Shown: piece after piece, positions 29,825 through 39,919 of the stretch
Layout of the letters: every line of letters starts with the position of its first letter
Position numbering within the stretch: position 1 is the stretch's first letter
Origin: Candidatus Hodarchaeota archaeon
GTDB taxonomy: Archaea > Asgardarchaeota > Heimdallarchaeia > Hodarchaeales > Hodarchaeaceae
DNA: 64,000 nt
Reading direction: 5' to 3'
Assembly (NCBI GenBank): GCA_016839815.1
Contig: JAEOTM010000066.1
Span: 1 to 64,000, forward strand
The notes under the pieces: generated by a model
The model's database searches: none
What the model was told of the DNA's origin: nothing
The model's input: the letters and a program-made list of their open reading frames with translations, nothing else
Position numbers and translations under genes: made by a program

Positions 29825-30268
29825 CTACTCTTCTGAAGCTTGATCACTTGCATATCGGTTAAATATTGCACGGACACGATCTGCAACTGGTCCTGTTCCT
29901 TCAACACCCGTTTCAGATACTTTAACTCTTTCAAGAACGACAATTAAACCTGCTTCATCATAGACTTTAACGTCTCCAGGACGACGAAAGATTTGTTCCA
30001 GTTCTTCTTTTAAGCCCAAAAGATCGAATGGAGCTTCTTCTAAGTAAATCTCTGCGATTTGGTCACCATTTAAACAAATACGATGAATTTCATTAGTTTC
30101 ATCGTCACGTTTTGCTTTTATTAAGACACAAGTAAGAGTCTCAGGTGATAATCCTTTGAGTTCTCCTACAAATTTTTTTCCATTCTTAAGAATTACAGCG
30201 ACTCTTTTATTGTTAAATGCAGTGATTTCTTTTTGAAAAGTTCTTTTGGCTTGACCGACCATGGACAT
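29825..30268 (-). CDS. Lsm/SmAP3-type RNA-binding protein with C-terminal domain
   Basis: Sm1/Sm2 (V.V.LKNGKKFVGEL, LNGDQIAEI) plus GVEGTGPVADRV C-terminal domain. Confidence 0.85.
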   Translation of the reverse strand: MSMVGQAKRTFQKEITAFNNKRVAVILKNGKKFVGELKGLSPETLTCVLIKAKRDDETNEIHRICLNGDQIAEIYLEEAPFDLLGLKEELEQIFRRPGDVKVYDEAGLIVVLERVKVSETGVEGTGPVADRVRAIFNRYASDQASEE

Positions 30269-30522
30269 GCTTAAGCCTCCTTACAAAACAAGCAGATATC
30301 GTTATTAGTAAATCCTTCAGATAATTAACCAAAATTTGCTTCGTAACGGTAATCTGGCTCGTTAAATGTGCAATTATCTTGTATATATATTTTTTCTGAA
30401 GTCCTGTACCACTTATTTGGAGTAAAGGATATTATTCAAAGAAAAATGAATATTATTAATTGATAATCGTCTTTCAGCATCCAAAAACTTTGTACCATAA
30501 TTTCTAGCCTTGGAATAAAATT

Positions 30523-30834
30523 TTACAACGACTCAACGGCTCTAGCCTTAACCAAGAGGGACCAGTCTAAGTTTAACTTAATGATGTGTTCCAAATGGTA
30601 CTCAGATTCTTCTTTATGACCATAAGCTAGTACTATATCTCCCAAACCTATATGGGTCGTATCTATATCCTGTAAAATAAACTTAAATTCAGAAATCTCG
30701 TCCGATAATACTATTTCTGCATCATCTTTCTCTTTTACTTTACAATATATCTGAAATTTTGTTTCAGATGCAATATTAGCGAGAGATAACATAGTAATCT
30801 CTTCATAAGGTCTAATTGAAGTTCTGATCAACAT
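30523..30834 (-). CDS. small OB-fold protein, RPA14/RPA3-like
   Basis: RPY..., CKVKE, LSD, GDIVLAYG, terminal helix LDWSLLVKAR; pattern of the archaeal RPA small subunit; start uncertain (30834 or 30891). Confidence 0.55.
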   Translation of the reverse strand: MLIRTSIRPYEEITMLSLANIASETKFQIYCKVKEKDDAEIVLSDEISEFKFILQDIDTTHIGLGDIVLAYGHKEESEYHLEHIIKLNLDWSLLVKARAVESL

Positions 30835-31008
30835 AATCCTCTCTTGTGTACTCTTTCCTTCATAATGATTTGTATAATTAATCTTTCTCATTTCTCTGAT
30901 AATCTAGACTGAGGAGGATTTCGTTGATTGCCAAAAGAAACGCAGCTTCTTTAAAACTTTAGAGGATTTCAGCCAGTACTGAGCACAAATTGGTTGGAGA
31001 TAATTTTA

Positions 31009-31353
31009 ATGGATTTTTGTGAATGTGGAGCTCTTCTTGTCCCTGATAAACAGGCAGATGGAAGCATCGTGATGAAATGTAATTCTTGTGGGAAAACAAT
31101 CGGCGCTGATTCACATTCGAATTCAAAAGCATTTGAGATCAAACAGACCATAAGACACTCTGATCTGGAAAAAACAGTCATTATTGATGATGAAAATGAG
31201 GTTGAAACTATGCCCACCGTCACCGCAAGTTGTGAAAAATGTGGTCATCATGAAGCAGTTTACTGGCAACTCCAAACGAGGAGTGCAGATGAGGCCTCAA
31301 CTACATTTTATCGATGTAAGAAATGCAAATTTACATGGCGTGATTATGGTTAA
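31009..31353 (+). CDS. tfs: transcription factor S (TFS)
   Basis: Two zinc ribbons and the catalytic QTRSADE hairpin. Confidence 0.94.
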   Translation: MDFCECGALLVPDKQADGSIVMKCNSCGKTIGADSHSNSKAFEIKQTIRHSDLEKTVIIDDENEVETMPTVTASCEKCGHHEAVYWQLQTRSADEASTTFYRCKKCKFTWRDYG

Positions 31354-31366
31354 AAAACAAGGATAT

Positions 31367-32047
31367 CTATTCTTTTTTTATTATCATGACTGCATGCTTC
31401 TTTTCATAGGCATCAATCTTAGAATGTTCTATTACCTTTAGTCCGAAGTTATTTTCTAAGATACTCATTTGTTTGGAAAATACTTCTTCTGGTTCAAGTG
31501 ATACATCTATGCTTTGGGATTTGATGGCGATTATACCTTCCCCGCCTGGTTTAAGGTACTCTTGGGCATTTCTACCAAAAATTTTTGCCTGTTCCGGTTG
31601 AGAAACATCTTGATACAGTAGATCCACATCAAAAACATACGAAGAATATTCTTCTGGCCTTCTAGCATCCGCAAGAATTGGTATCAAGTTTGGTCGCTGT
31701 TCCGCAAGTCGATAAAATTTCCTCATGACTTTTGGAGAAAACTCAACCCCATAAATAAAACCATCTTCTAAGATATCTGAGAAATGAGAGGGTGTTGTAC
31801 CTGTGGAAACTCCCAAATATAGGATATTTTTAGCTTTTAATTGAGGTAGAAGCTTCATTCCTGATAAATAAGCCGCAGCAAATTTAGATCGAAAGGGATC
31901 CCATAATCTATATTCTTCGTTTTCAACTTTGATTAATCTTTCACCGTAAACATTCGTACCAGGAACTTTGTTTTTGGTAGCAAGTCGATTCTTTTGATCT
32001 ATTTTTAATTGGTACATCCCCTCGATCATAGTTTCTTTTACCTTCAT
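31367..32047 (-). CDS. flpA: fibrillarin-like rRNA/tRNA 2'-O-methyltransferase
   Basis: VYGE, WDPFRSK, LYLG..TGTT.SH, DARRP, DVSQPEQ. Confidence 0.96.
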   Translation of the reverse strand: MKVKETMIEGMYQLKIDQKNRLATKNKVPGTNVYGERLIKVENEEYRLWDPFRSKFAAAYLSGMKLLPQLKAKNILYLGVSTGTTPSHFSDILEDGFIYGVEFSPKVMRKFYRLAEQRPNLIPILADARRPEEYSSYVFDVDLLYQDVSQPEQAKIFGRNAQEYLKPGGEGIIAIKSQSIDVSLEPEEVFSKQMSILENNFGLKVIEHSKIDAYEKKHAVMIIKKE

Positions 32048-32074
32048 CTTGTCACCCTAAGATATTTAGATTAT

Positions 32075-33361
32075 TTAATCCTTCTTTTTATTCCTACGCT
32101 TCTTATATTTAGAATCAGATCTTGTTCCAGATTTCTTTGGTCCTTTTTTAAAGTGTTTACCACGCTTCCCTCTAGATTTAGAATCCTTCTTTTTTTGTTT
32201 TCTTGCTTTTTGTTTATCTGAAGGTTCGGGAAACGATTCTTTAATCTCATTTATTCTTTTCTCAAGATCTTCTAGTAGGGTTGGAGCTATGAATTCACCA
32301 CTAAAGAAATCAACTCGTGAAGCAATACTGAGCTTCCCCGCTAGTGCTCGTGCAATTTTCCCCCTCTGGTGTTTCTTTGCTGAATGGATGAACTGAGATT
32401 GGAAAATAACCCCATGTTTTGGAGGATCCTCACCTGACCTTAAATGTCTAAATAATGCCTTTTCAGCCCCTAAAACTTGAATTGTACCTGAAGATCGTTT
32501 CGCTAAATTTTCTAAACTTCCCACGAGGGAAATAAGGCGTGCACCAAGCAGACTACCAACTAGGAATTGTAAATTTGGAGCTACTTCCTTCATGCTTTCT
32601 TCAATATAGTTTTCGAGATTTTCTTTTATGTTTAAGATCTCTACACCGAAAGATGCCAAATTGGATATTGGATTCATATCGTAGTTAGAGATATCAGCAC
32701 CTAGTGAGTTTTCTGCAGCTTGTTGTATAAGTTCCTGTCTTCTCTCAGATAATGAAGAAATTTCCTCTGTTACGATTTCTGATCGAACTTTTCCCCTCAT
32801 CTTCGATACAAGACGAATGTATTGATTATTATCTCTTACCAGGTCAACTAATTCTGGAAAATGGATTCCGTACCATTCTGATAAACGAGCATATATTAAA
32901 TTCAATATTGAATTAATATCATCAATACTATTAATTGCCTGAGCAAGATATTTATCCCTTGCCTCAACATTCTCCCGTAAAAGGGTTTGTGTCTGAACCA
33001 ATGATTTATTTCGTAATAGAGAAATAAGTTCTCCTGGGCTGGTTAAATCGAGTTTTTTAACAAGAAAGTCGTTTATATTCGACCTAAATGTGGAAAATTC
33101 TCCTGCACTCGCAAACCGAACTTCTTCGTACCCTATCTGTCTTAGATGGTCAATAACCACTACATTATCTGAAACAATTTCTTCTGTTTTGTCTGGTAAT
33201 ACCTTTCGCAGTTCTTCTTCATGTTCGGTTAGAAAAACTTTGAATTGGCCTGTTAAAATGGTTTCGTTATCTTTAAACATAAGGGAATCATAAATTTCAG
33301 TCGATTCGGAAGAAATTTCTCCAAAGATGACTCCTGCTGCTGAGACTAGTACGCCTTTCAA
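32075..33361 (-). CDS. nop5: box C/D RNP protein Nop5/Nop56/58
   Basis: EWYGIHFPEL, VAPNL, IQVLGAEKALF, PPKHG. Confidence 0.95.
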   Translation of the reverse strand: MKGVLVSAAGVIFGEISSESTEIYDSLMFKDNETILTGQFKVFLTEHEEELRKVLPDKTEEIVSDNVVVIDHLRQIGYEEVRFASAGEFSTFRSNINDFLVKKLDLTSPGELISLLRNKSLVQTQTLLRENVEARDKYLAQAINSIDDINSILNLIYARLSEWYGIHFPELVDLVRDNNQYIRLVSKMRGKVRSEIVTEEISSLSERRQELIQQAAENSLGADISNYDMNPISNLASFGVEILNIKENLENYIEESMKEVAPNLQFLVGSLLGARLISLVGSLENLAKRSSGTIQVLGAEKALFRHLRSGEDPPKHGVIFQSQFIHSAKKHQRGKIARALAGKLSIASRVDFFSGEFIAPTLLEDLEKRINEIKESFPEPSDKQKARKQKKKDSKSRGKRGKHFKKGPKKSGTRSDSKYKKRRNKKKD

Positions 33362-33569
33362 TTTTACTCACCCGATTATATATTCCAAGCAGAGATACTC
33401 TCAGATAAAATTCTTTCTTTAAAAATCATTGGAAACTTCTCCTTTCTCAACAGAAATCTAACAGTTTCCTCTCTGTTAAATCTGATATTTTGAATATACA
33501 AAATTTCTGAAATCATTTCCAAGAGTAAAACCTATATTGAAACACTTAAAATTAGGAATGGAATAAAAA

Positions 33570-33755
33570 ATGATGCGACAAAAGCCAATAAGTATCAAAA
33601 TTCCCGATCAAATCCTCATCCTTATTGATAACTTCGTTCGTCTTGGTCAATACGAATCAAGATCACATTTCTTACGTATAGCAATTGAAGAATTGCTTAA
33701 ACAGGAAAGGGAGACGTGGGATAAACTAGTTGATCAGATTTCTCAAAAAGAATAA
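33570..33755 (+). CDS. ribbon-helix-helix (CopG/Arc/MetJ) regulator
   Basis: ISIKIP...IDNFV..G.YESRSHFLR.AI. Confidence 0.85.
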   Translation: MMRQKPISIKIPDQILILIDNFVRLGQYESRSHFLRIAIEELLKQERETWDKLVDQISQKE

Positions 33756-33767
33756 TCCTGATGATTT

Positions 33768-34349
33768 ATGAACTCTTTTTCTCAAGAAGAACAGCAACAC
33801 CTACTTATTGCATCAGTTATTTTTGTGATTGTTGAACTATCTTTTCTACTCTCGTTTCTAGATTTCTTTGAATTACTACTAGCTGGAATTCTGATTCTTC
33901 CACTATATACATTACACGAACTAGCCCATAAATACACTGCAATTAGATATGGATTTCCTTCAAAATTCTATTTAGATCAAAACATGGCCCTTATTTCGCT
34001 TTTTTCTGCATTCTTACCTTTTAAGATCATCGCTCCTGGTGTAGTAATTTGGTATGGGAACCCTTCTTCTAGGATTCGAGCTTACGTCTCAATGATGGGG
34101 CCTTTAGTGAATATCTTTATAGGGGGATTTTTATTACTGATTTCACCTTTTCTTCCTCCTTTATGGTCACTTTTAACAATTTATATAAGCAAAGCATCGA
34201 TTAACCTTGCAATATTCAATCTTCTCCCTTTTTCAGTCCTTGATGGATCAAAGATCTACAGATGGAATCAGGAAGTTTTTTTTGTTATATTTGGTTTTAC
34301 GGTAGTTTTTTGGCTTTTTCATCCTTTAGGTTACTTTGGTTGGATTTAG
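33768..34349 (+). CDS. site-2 protease (peptidase M50)
   Basis: HELAH, GP.VN, FNLLP..LDG.KI. Confidence 0.9.
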   Translation: MNSFSQEEQQHLLIASVIFVIVELSFLLSFLDFFELLLAGILILPLYTLHELAHKYTAIRYGFPSKFYLDQNMALISLFSAFLPFKIIAPGVVIWYGNPSSRIRAYVSMMGPLVNIFIGGFLLLISPFLPPLWSLLTIYISKASINLAIFNLLPFSVLDGSKIYRWNQEVFFVIFGFTVVFWLFHPLGYFGWI

Positions 34350-34351
34350 AT

Positions 34352-34765
34352 ATGAGTTCGTTAACATCTAGAGAAAGAGGATCCTTGGTGATGGCAATTG
34401 GACTCATTGCATGCTTACTTCTCACTTATTTCACATTTTTCGAACATGATGAGGAGATCTTACTAATAATCTGGGGTGTAATTACTATGGTATTCTCTAT
34501 TTTAATTGCGTATGTGTTTGCTTCTCAAACAACAGATCTCCGTCCTTTGAGGAATGAACCAAATCGTTACTCGGCAGGTTATGATTCATTCAAGCCGAGA
34601 GTCATCCCCCCTTCAGGAATGAAAAAAAGAACACAGTTTGAAGGACGATGCAACCAATGTGGAATGTCAGCCTTATTAGGGTTTACTTGTTCATATTGCG
34701 GAGGCTATTTTTGTACCGATCATCGTCTTCCTGAGAAACATAATTGTGAAGGCCTTTACAAATAA
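34352..34765 (+). CDS. two-TM membrane protein with C-terminal AN1-type zinc finger
   Basis: CNQC...FTCSYCGGYFCTDHRLPEKHNC; start moved to MSSLTSRE. Confidence 0.82.
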   Translation: MSSLTSRERGSLVMAIGLIACLLLTYFTFFEHDEEILLIIWGVITMVFSILIAYVFASQTTDLRPLRNEPNRYSAGYDSFKPRVIPPSGMKKRTQFEGRCNQCGMSALLGFTCSYCGGYFCTDHRLPEKHNCEGLYK

Positions 34766-34775
34766 TCACGTGGAA

Positions 34776-36236
34776 TTAAAGTGATACAACATGACTAAAT
34801 TCTGATAAAACAAGATTTACCAATCCCAGACCAAGAAATAAGAGATAAAAGATGTTGAATATGTAGAAGGTACCATATTCTAAATATTTTACACAACTTA
34901 CAATTAGAAACAGGAGATATATCAATTCTAGGATTGTGATTTTGTCCAGTGGAATATAATCATGGATTTTATGCTGAGAAAAAGGATTTATGTCTGATAA
35001 ATTATATTTGGGGGTTCTCTCAAATTCTCCTCCTTTTTTAACAAGACCTGTGAGCGTACCTACAGCCATACGTACGATTAATCCACCTCCCCAGAATAGA
35101 AATAGGGGAATAAGGAACAAATCATGCATTGACCTTCCAGCACGAATAACTGCAGCTGAATATGCTAGAATTCCGCATAGTGCCGAAACTGTGAATAAAA
35201 AACCAAGTACGGGGAGAAAATCAGTGTTGAATGACGAGTTGAATATTAAAAATGAACTAGTCAAGGTATTAATCAAAATCATTAGAGGTATAAAATATTG
35301 AGTTAAGTGGATTGTACCTTGAATTTTACACATTCTTGAGTTATCTGAAGATAGAAAATTCTTTAGATTCTTTTTAATATTCTGTGAAAACCCTTTCGAC
35401 CATCTACTCTGCTGTATAATCCATGAACGAAGAGTAGGAGGTATTTCTTGTAAATTAACTACATTGGTCAAATAAATGATTTCATAACCTTTCATTTGGG
35501 CTCTATAAGCAAGATCTAAATCTTCTGCTAACGTATCTGAAGACCACCCCCCACTCGTTTCGAGTGCAGCTCGCCTCCATATTCCGCCAGTTCCATTAAA
35601 AGTAATATTTGTTTTCAGATTCTTACGTCCAATTTTCTCAACCCAGAAATGACCATCAAGCCCAATGGACATAGATCGAGTAAATAATGAATAATTAAGA
35701 TTGGTGTATCCCCACCTAGCCTGAATTGCTCCAATATCGCTTCTTTCCTTGAAAAAATGAATACACCTCATCAGAAATTCAGGATTAATTTCAAAATCAG
35801 AATCAAATAATGCAACAAATTCAGAATTATCTTTATCTAACCCGTTACTTAAAGCCCCTGCTTTAAATCCAGTTCGTGTTTGCCTTCGAATAGTATTAAC
35901 CACTATTCCTTTATTTTCTAATTTTACAATATTTTTATCGATTAATCGAGATGTTTCATCAGAAGAATCATCTAGAATTTGGATTCTCAACCGATCTCTG
36001 GGATAGATTATATTTTCTAAATGAGTAAGTGTTTTTTCTATTATCCTTGATTCATTATAAACGGGTATTTGAATGGTAACTGAGGGAAGATCTAATTCAG
36101 TATATTCTCCTCGAGGTACAGGATCTCTATAATTTAAAGAGGATAACGTTAAATAAAGTAGGTTTATTGGATATGGAATTATAATGAGCGCTGATATCAA
36201 ATTTAGAGTTAAAAATGCTATAAATAGTGGATCCAT
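34776..36236 (-). CDS. processive GT2 glycosyltransferase (cellulose-synthase-like)
   Basis: QIPVYNE, GFKAGAL, FDSDF, TLAEDLDL, QQSRW; multiple TMs. Confidence 0.92.
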   Translation of the reverse strand: MDPLFIAFLTLNLISALIIIPYPINLLYLTLSSLNYRDPVPRGEYTELDLPSVTIQIPVYNESRIIEKTLTHLENIIYPRDRLRIQILDDSSDETSRLIDKNIVKLENKGIVVNTIRRQTRTGFKAGALSNGLDKDNSEFVALFDSDFEINPEFLMRCIHFFKERSDIGAIQARWGYTNLNYSLFTRSMSIGLDGHFWVEKIGRKNLKTNITFNGTGGIWRRAALETSGGWSSDTLAEDLDLAYRAQMKGYEIIYLTNVVNLQEIPPTLRSWIIQQSRWSKGFSQNIKKNLKNFLSSDNSRMCKIQGTIHLTQYFIPLMILINTLTSSFLIFNSSFNTDFLPVLGFLFTVSALCGILAYSAAVIRAGRSMHDLFLIPLFLFWGGGLIVRMAVGTLTGLVKKGGEFERTPKYNLSDINPFSQHKIHDYIPLDKITILELIYLLFLIVSCVKYLEYGTFYIFNIFYLLFLGLGLVNLVLSEFSHVVSL

Positions 36237-36386
36237 CTACAAATCCTCCAATCCATTAGAATGTAGAAAAAAGAAATATTTAATTTATGGTGAATTTTGA
36301 TATATTACAAACATTCACTTCACTATATTAGAATGGATGTTTACCTTTCTACTAATAAATCTTAATTATTCTCCAGATGTGATGAT

Positions 36387-37898
36387 TTGGAAAATGACTT
36401 GATATCTACCCTTGAAATGTCCATCATCGATGTAAATGCAGATTATCTTGGAGTAAAAAGATTACTTTTGATGGAAAACGCAGGTAAAGGACTAGCGGAC
36501 TTTGTATGGGAAATATGTAAGAAAAAAGCTCTTTCTAATATCATAATTCTTGCAGGAAAAGGTGGGAATGGGGGCGATGGTATGGTTGCTGCACGTCATC
36601 TTGCTAATAAAGCAGATGTATCTCTATATCTACTAGGGGAGAAAGAAGATATCAGAAAAGGTTCAACCCAAAAAAATTGGCAAATTTTGGAAAATATGTT
36701 ACATTCTTTAAACTTACATGAAGTGAAGGATTCAACTGAACTAAGTAAAATACAAATTATGCAGAACTCTATCATTATTGATGCGATTTTTGGTACGGGA
36801 GTACGTGGAGAAGTTACAGGTCTTTATTCCCAAGTAATTTCTATGATCAACGACCATGGGAAGAAAGGAACAGATATAATTTGTGTAGATACACCCTCAG
36901 GTATAAATCCAAACACAGGTCAAAAAGCTAATACTTTTGTTAAAGGGAATTACACAGTTGTGTTCCATAAGACAAAAAAAGGATTAACTGAAGGAAACTC
37001 AGGAAAGATCAGAGTCGTTCCTATTGGTATTCCACCAGAAGCAGAATTTATTGTTGGCCCCGGTGATCTCTTAGCCATTTCTAATATCAATAAATGGCAA
37101 AGAAAGGGTGATCAAGGAAAAGTTCTTGTTATAGGGGGGAATGAAAAATACTCTGGAGCTCCAGCTTTGGCAGCTATGGGTGCTTTACAAGCTGGATCGG
37201 ATTTAGTCACTATAGTATCACCAGAACAAGTTGCACAGGCCATTCGATCCTATACACCAGAATTTATTGTAGAAAGTTATTCTTCTTCACATTTAACACT
37301 TGATTCAATACCTTATCATTTATTAGAAGAGTATAATTCCATTGTATTAGGCCCAGGATTAGGACGCCATCCTGATACACAAAAAGCAGTTGAAGAAATT
37401 CTTAAGATTACGAAAACGAAGAACTTACCATTGATAATTGATGCAGATGGATTACACCTGATTAACCAAGGCCAGCTATACTCAAAAGTCATTCTTACAC
37501 CTCATGCTGGAGAATTTGCCGTTCTCTCGGGGAATTCACTCCCCTCTGATTCAGAATCCTTTCCAGAAAGACTTAATAAAGTATTAGAAACAGTTAAAGA
37601 TTCACCAGCTGTGTGGTTAGTTAAGGGGCCATGGGATATTATAGCTCACTCTGATAATTATAAAATTAACAAGTCTGGTATCCCTGAAATGTCACGTGGA
37701 GGTACTGGGGACATTTTGGCAGGATTAACTGCAAGTATGGTTAACAAAACCGGAGATCATTTTTATGCGGCATCAATTGCCGCATTTATTAACGGAAAAG
37801 CTGGTGAACTAGCTCATCGGAACTTTTCTACGATGAGACTTCTAGCAAAAATTCCAGAGGCTATTCAAATGAGCTGGGACTTTATACTTGAAGATTGA
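36387..37898 (+). CDS. nnr: bifunctional NAD(P)H-hydrate epimerase/dehydratase
   Basis: LMENAG, GKGGNGGDG, DAIFGTG, GPGLG, TPHAGEF, GGTGDILAG. Confidence 0.94.
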   Translation: MENDLISTLEMSIIDVNADYLGVKRLLLMENAGKGLADFVWEICKKKALSNIIILAGKGGNGGDGMVAARHLANKADVSLYLLGEKEDIRKGSTQKNWQILENMLHSLNLHEVKDSTELSKIQIMQNSIIIDAIFGTGVRGEVTGLYSQVISMINDHGKKGTDIICVDTPSGINPNTGQKANTFVKGNYTVVFHKTKKGLTEGNSGKIRVVPIGIPPEAEFIVGPGDLLAISNINKWQRKGDQGKVLVIGGNEKYSGAPALAAMGALQAGSDLVTIVSPEQVAQAIRSYTPEFIVESYSSSHLTLDSIPYHLLEEYNSIVLGPGLGRHPDTQKAVEEILKITKTKNLPLIIDADGLHLINQGQLYSKVILTPHAGEFAVLSGNSLPSDSESFPERLNKVLETVKDSPAVWLVKGPWDIIAHSDNYKINKSGIPEMSRGGTGDILAGLTASMVNKTGDHFYAASIAAFINGKAGELAHRNFSTMRLLAKIPEAIQMSWDFILED

Positions 37899-37899
37899 C

Positions 37900-38505
37900 C
37901 TAAAACTGTAAACTATCCGCCTCAAAAGCGTCAATTTCTTCAAGAATGGAATAGATCTTATGAATGGATTGATAAACATATTCTTCTTTTTTTGCACCAG
38001 TGCAAACTAGTTTTCCTGATTGGAAAAGAAGAAGTACAACTTTAGGTTCTTGCATTCGATAAATCAAACCAGGAAACTGTTCTGGTTCGTACATAGAATG
38101 TTCCAACAGCAGTGCAGCAAGCTCAAGATTAATTCTCTTCCCGAGTGTTCCAGAAGCAACAATATTTTGGACAGTAATTGTAGCCTCATGCTTTACATTG
38201 TGTCCGGCTTGCCGTAATAATTCCGAAATGACTTCAACAGCTTCTTCAATCATTTCTACCGATTTCGCTCCAGTTACGACGAGTTTTCCTGAAGAAAAAA
38301 CGAGAATTGAGACTTTAGGTTTTTTTATCTTGACAACGACACCGGGAAATTGCTCTGGAATGTAAGATACTTGAACATCTCCTGGAAGACGGCTCGCAGC
38401 CCTTTCTAGTTTTATTTTACAGCGTAAATCTACTGAAGCGACAACATTTTGAACTTCAGCAAATAAATCATCTTTATTTGACTCATTTGACATGATTACC
38501 ACCAT
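37900..38505 (-). CDS. tbp: TATA-box binding protein
   Basis: Two repeats QNVVAS...PEQFPG...FSSGK.V.TGAK. Confidence 0.97.
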   Translation of the reverse strand: MVVIMSNESNKDDLFAEVQNVVASVDLRCKIKLERAASRLPGDVQVSYIPEQFPGVVVKIKKPKVSILVFSSGKLVVTGAKSVEMIEEAVEVISELLRQAGHNVKHEATITVQNIVASGTLGKRINLELAALLLEHSMYEPEQFPGLIYRMQEPKVVLLLFQSGKLVCTGAKKEEYVYQSIHKIYSILEEIDAFEADSLQF

Positions 38506-38591
38506 TGTAACGCGATTAAGAGCCAGAATACAATGTGAAGAAAAATTAAGGGAAACTCTATTCTTCTAAGAATATATACAGACCCTTCTAC

Positions 38592-38637
38592 TTATATAAA
38601 AACCAAACTTATAAGCATTTATAAGGTTTATAAGCAT
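38592..38637. promoter_or_regulatory. cluster of TATA-like boxes upstream of tbp
   Basis: TTATATAA at 38592 followed by TTATAAG x3 at 38609, 38619 and 38628. Confidence 0.5.
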
Positions 38638-38967
38638 AGTTTGTCTCCATTCAAAAATAATTTTAAGTTAATTTGAGAGTAGCTCTCTCTTATAAACCAA
38701 ATATGGTTTTTTTAATAACTTATGAAGTAACTCTTATTTTTACTAATAGTAAGAACATTGAAATACTAATGGAATAAAATTTCCTTTTGAAACGACAGGT
38801 AGAAGTTGGAAAACCAAGATGATTCGAAGATCAAAGTTCTAAACAAGTTTTATTGACAATATTCCTGAGACTCTTTATTGAAAAATCAGGGCTCTTTTCC
38901 AATACTTATTTAAAAGCCTATCTATTATATAAATCCCGTTAGAGGTTTCATCTGGAGGGCAAGTAAA

Positions 38968-39906
38968 CTGGCACCACCTGAACAAAAATGTCCCGAATGC
39001 GGTAGTAACGATATTGTCATGGATATGACAAAAGGTACTTCAATTTGCGCATCTTGTGGACTTGTAATTGATTTACAAATCGATATGGGACCAGAGTGGC
39101 GTGCATATAATTCAACTGAACTCCAAGAACGTGCGCGAGCTGGTGGACCGATCACCCCACTTAAAGCGGAAATGGGTTTGAGAACACAAATCGGTAATAT
39201 AAGGAAAGATATTTCAGGAAGAACTCTTCCGTTTTCTTCACAAACCAAATATAGAAGACTTTCTCGAATCGATAATAGAACTAGGAAGTCAGAAATTAGG
39301 AATTTACGTTTTGCTTTAAAAGAATTAAAACGAATCAAAAGTCAGCTTGAGCTCCCTGAAGACGTAGCAGAAATGGGTGCCATGATTTATCGAAAAGCAT
39401 TGAAAAAGAACCTGATTCGAGGTCGTTCTATAGATGGAATGATCGCAGCTAGTTTATATCTCGCCTGTCGCAAAAAGAAACTACCTCAGACATTGAAGGA
39501 TATTGCTTCTGTATCAAATATCTCATCTAAAGAATTAGGTCGATGTATTAGGATAATCCTCCAAAAATTAGATTTGAAAGTAAGTCCTAGTGACTATTCC
39601 GCCCTAGTTCATCGTCTTGGAATAAATCTTCGCGTTACGATGAGAGCACGGCGTCAGGCGGTAAAGATTTTGAATATTGCCCGTCTTCGTGGTGCAACAG
39701 TGGGTAAGAATCCAATGAGTCTTGCAGCAGCTTCACTCTATATCGCCACTATTCAGACTGGTGAACGTCGTACGCAACAAGAAATAGCAACGGCTGCTAA
39801 AATTACTCCCGTGACCATAAGAAACCGTTTCAAAGAATTAGTAAGGATCATTGATGCAGAATCTTCAAAAGATGGCCAAGATCCGCTACAATCATTACTT
39901 GTCTAG
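38968..39906 (+). CDS. tfb: transcription initiation factor IIB (TFB); probable CTG start
   Basis: Zn ribbon CPEC...CASC, GPEWRAY, two cyclin repeats; first CxxC lies upstream of the ORF-track ATG at 39019. Confidence 0.93.
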   Translation: MAPPEQKCPECGSNDIVMDMTKGTSICASCGLVIDLQIDMGPEWRAYNSTELQERARAGGPITPLKAEMGLRTQIGNIRKDISGRTLPFSSQTKYRRLSRIDNRTRKSEIRNLRFALKELKRIKSQLELPEDVAEMGAMIYRKALKKNLIRGRSIDGMIAASLYLACRKKKLPQTLKDIASVSNISSKELGRCIRIILQKLDLKVSPSDYSALVHRLGINLRVTMRARRQAVKILNIARLRGATVGKNPMSLAAASLYIATIQTGERRTQQEIATAAKITPVTIRNRFKELVRIIDAESSKDGQDPLQSLLV

Positions 39907-39919
39907 ACTATTATTTTGA

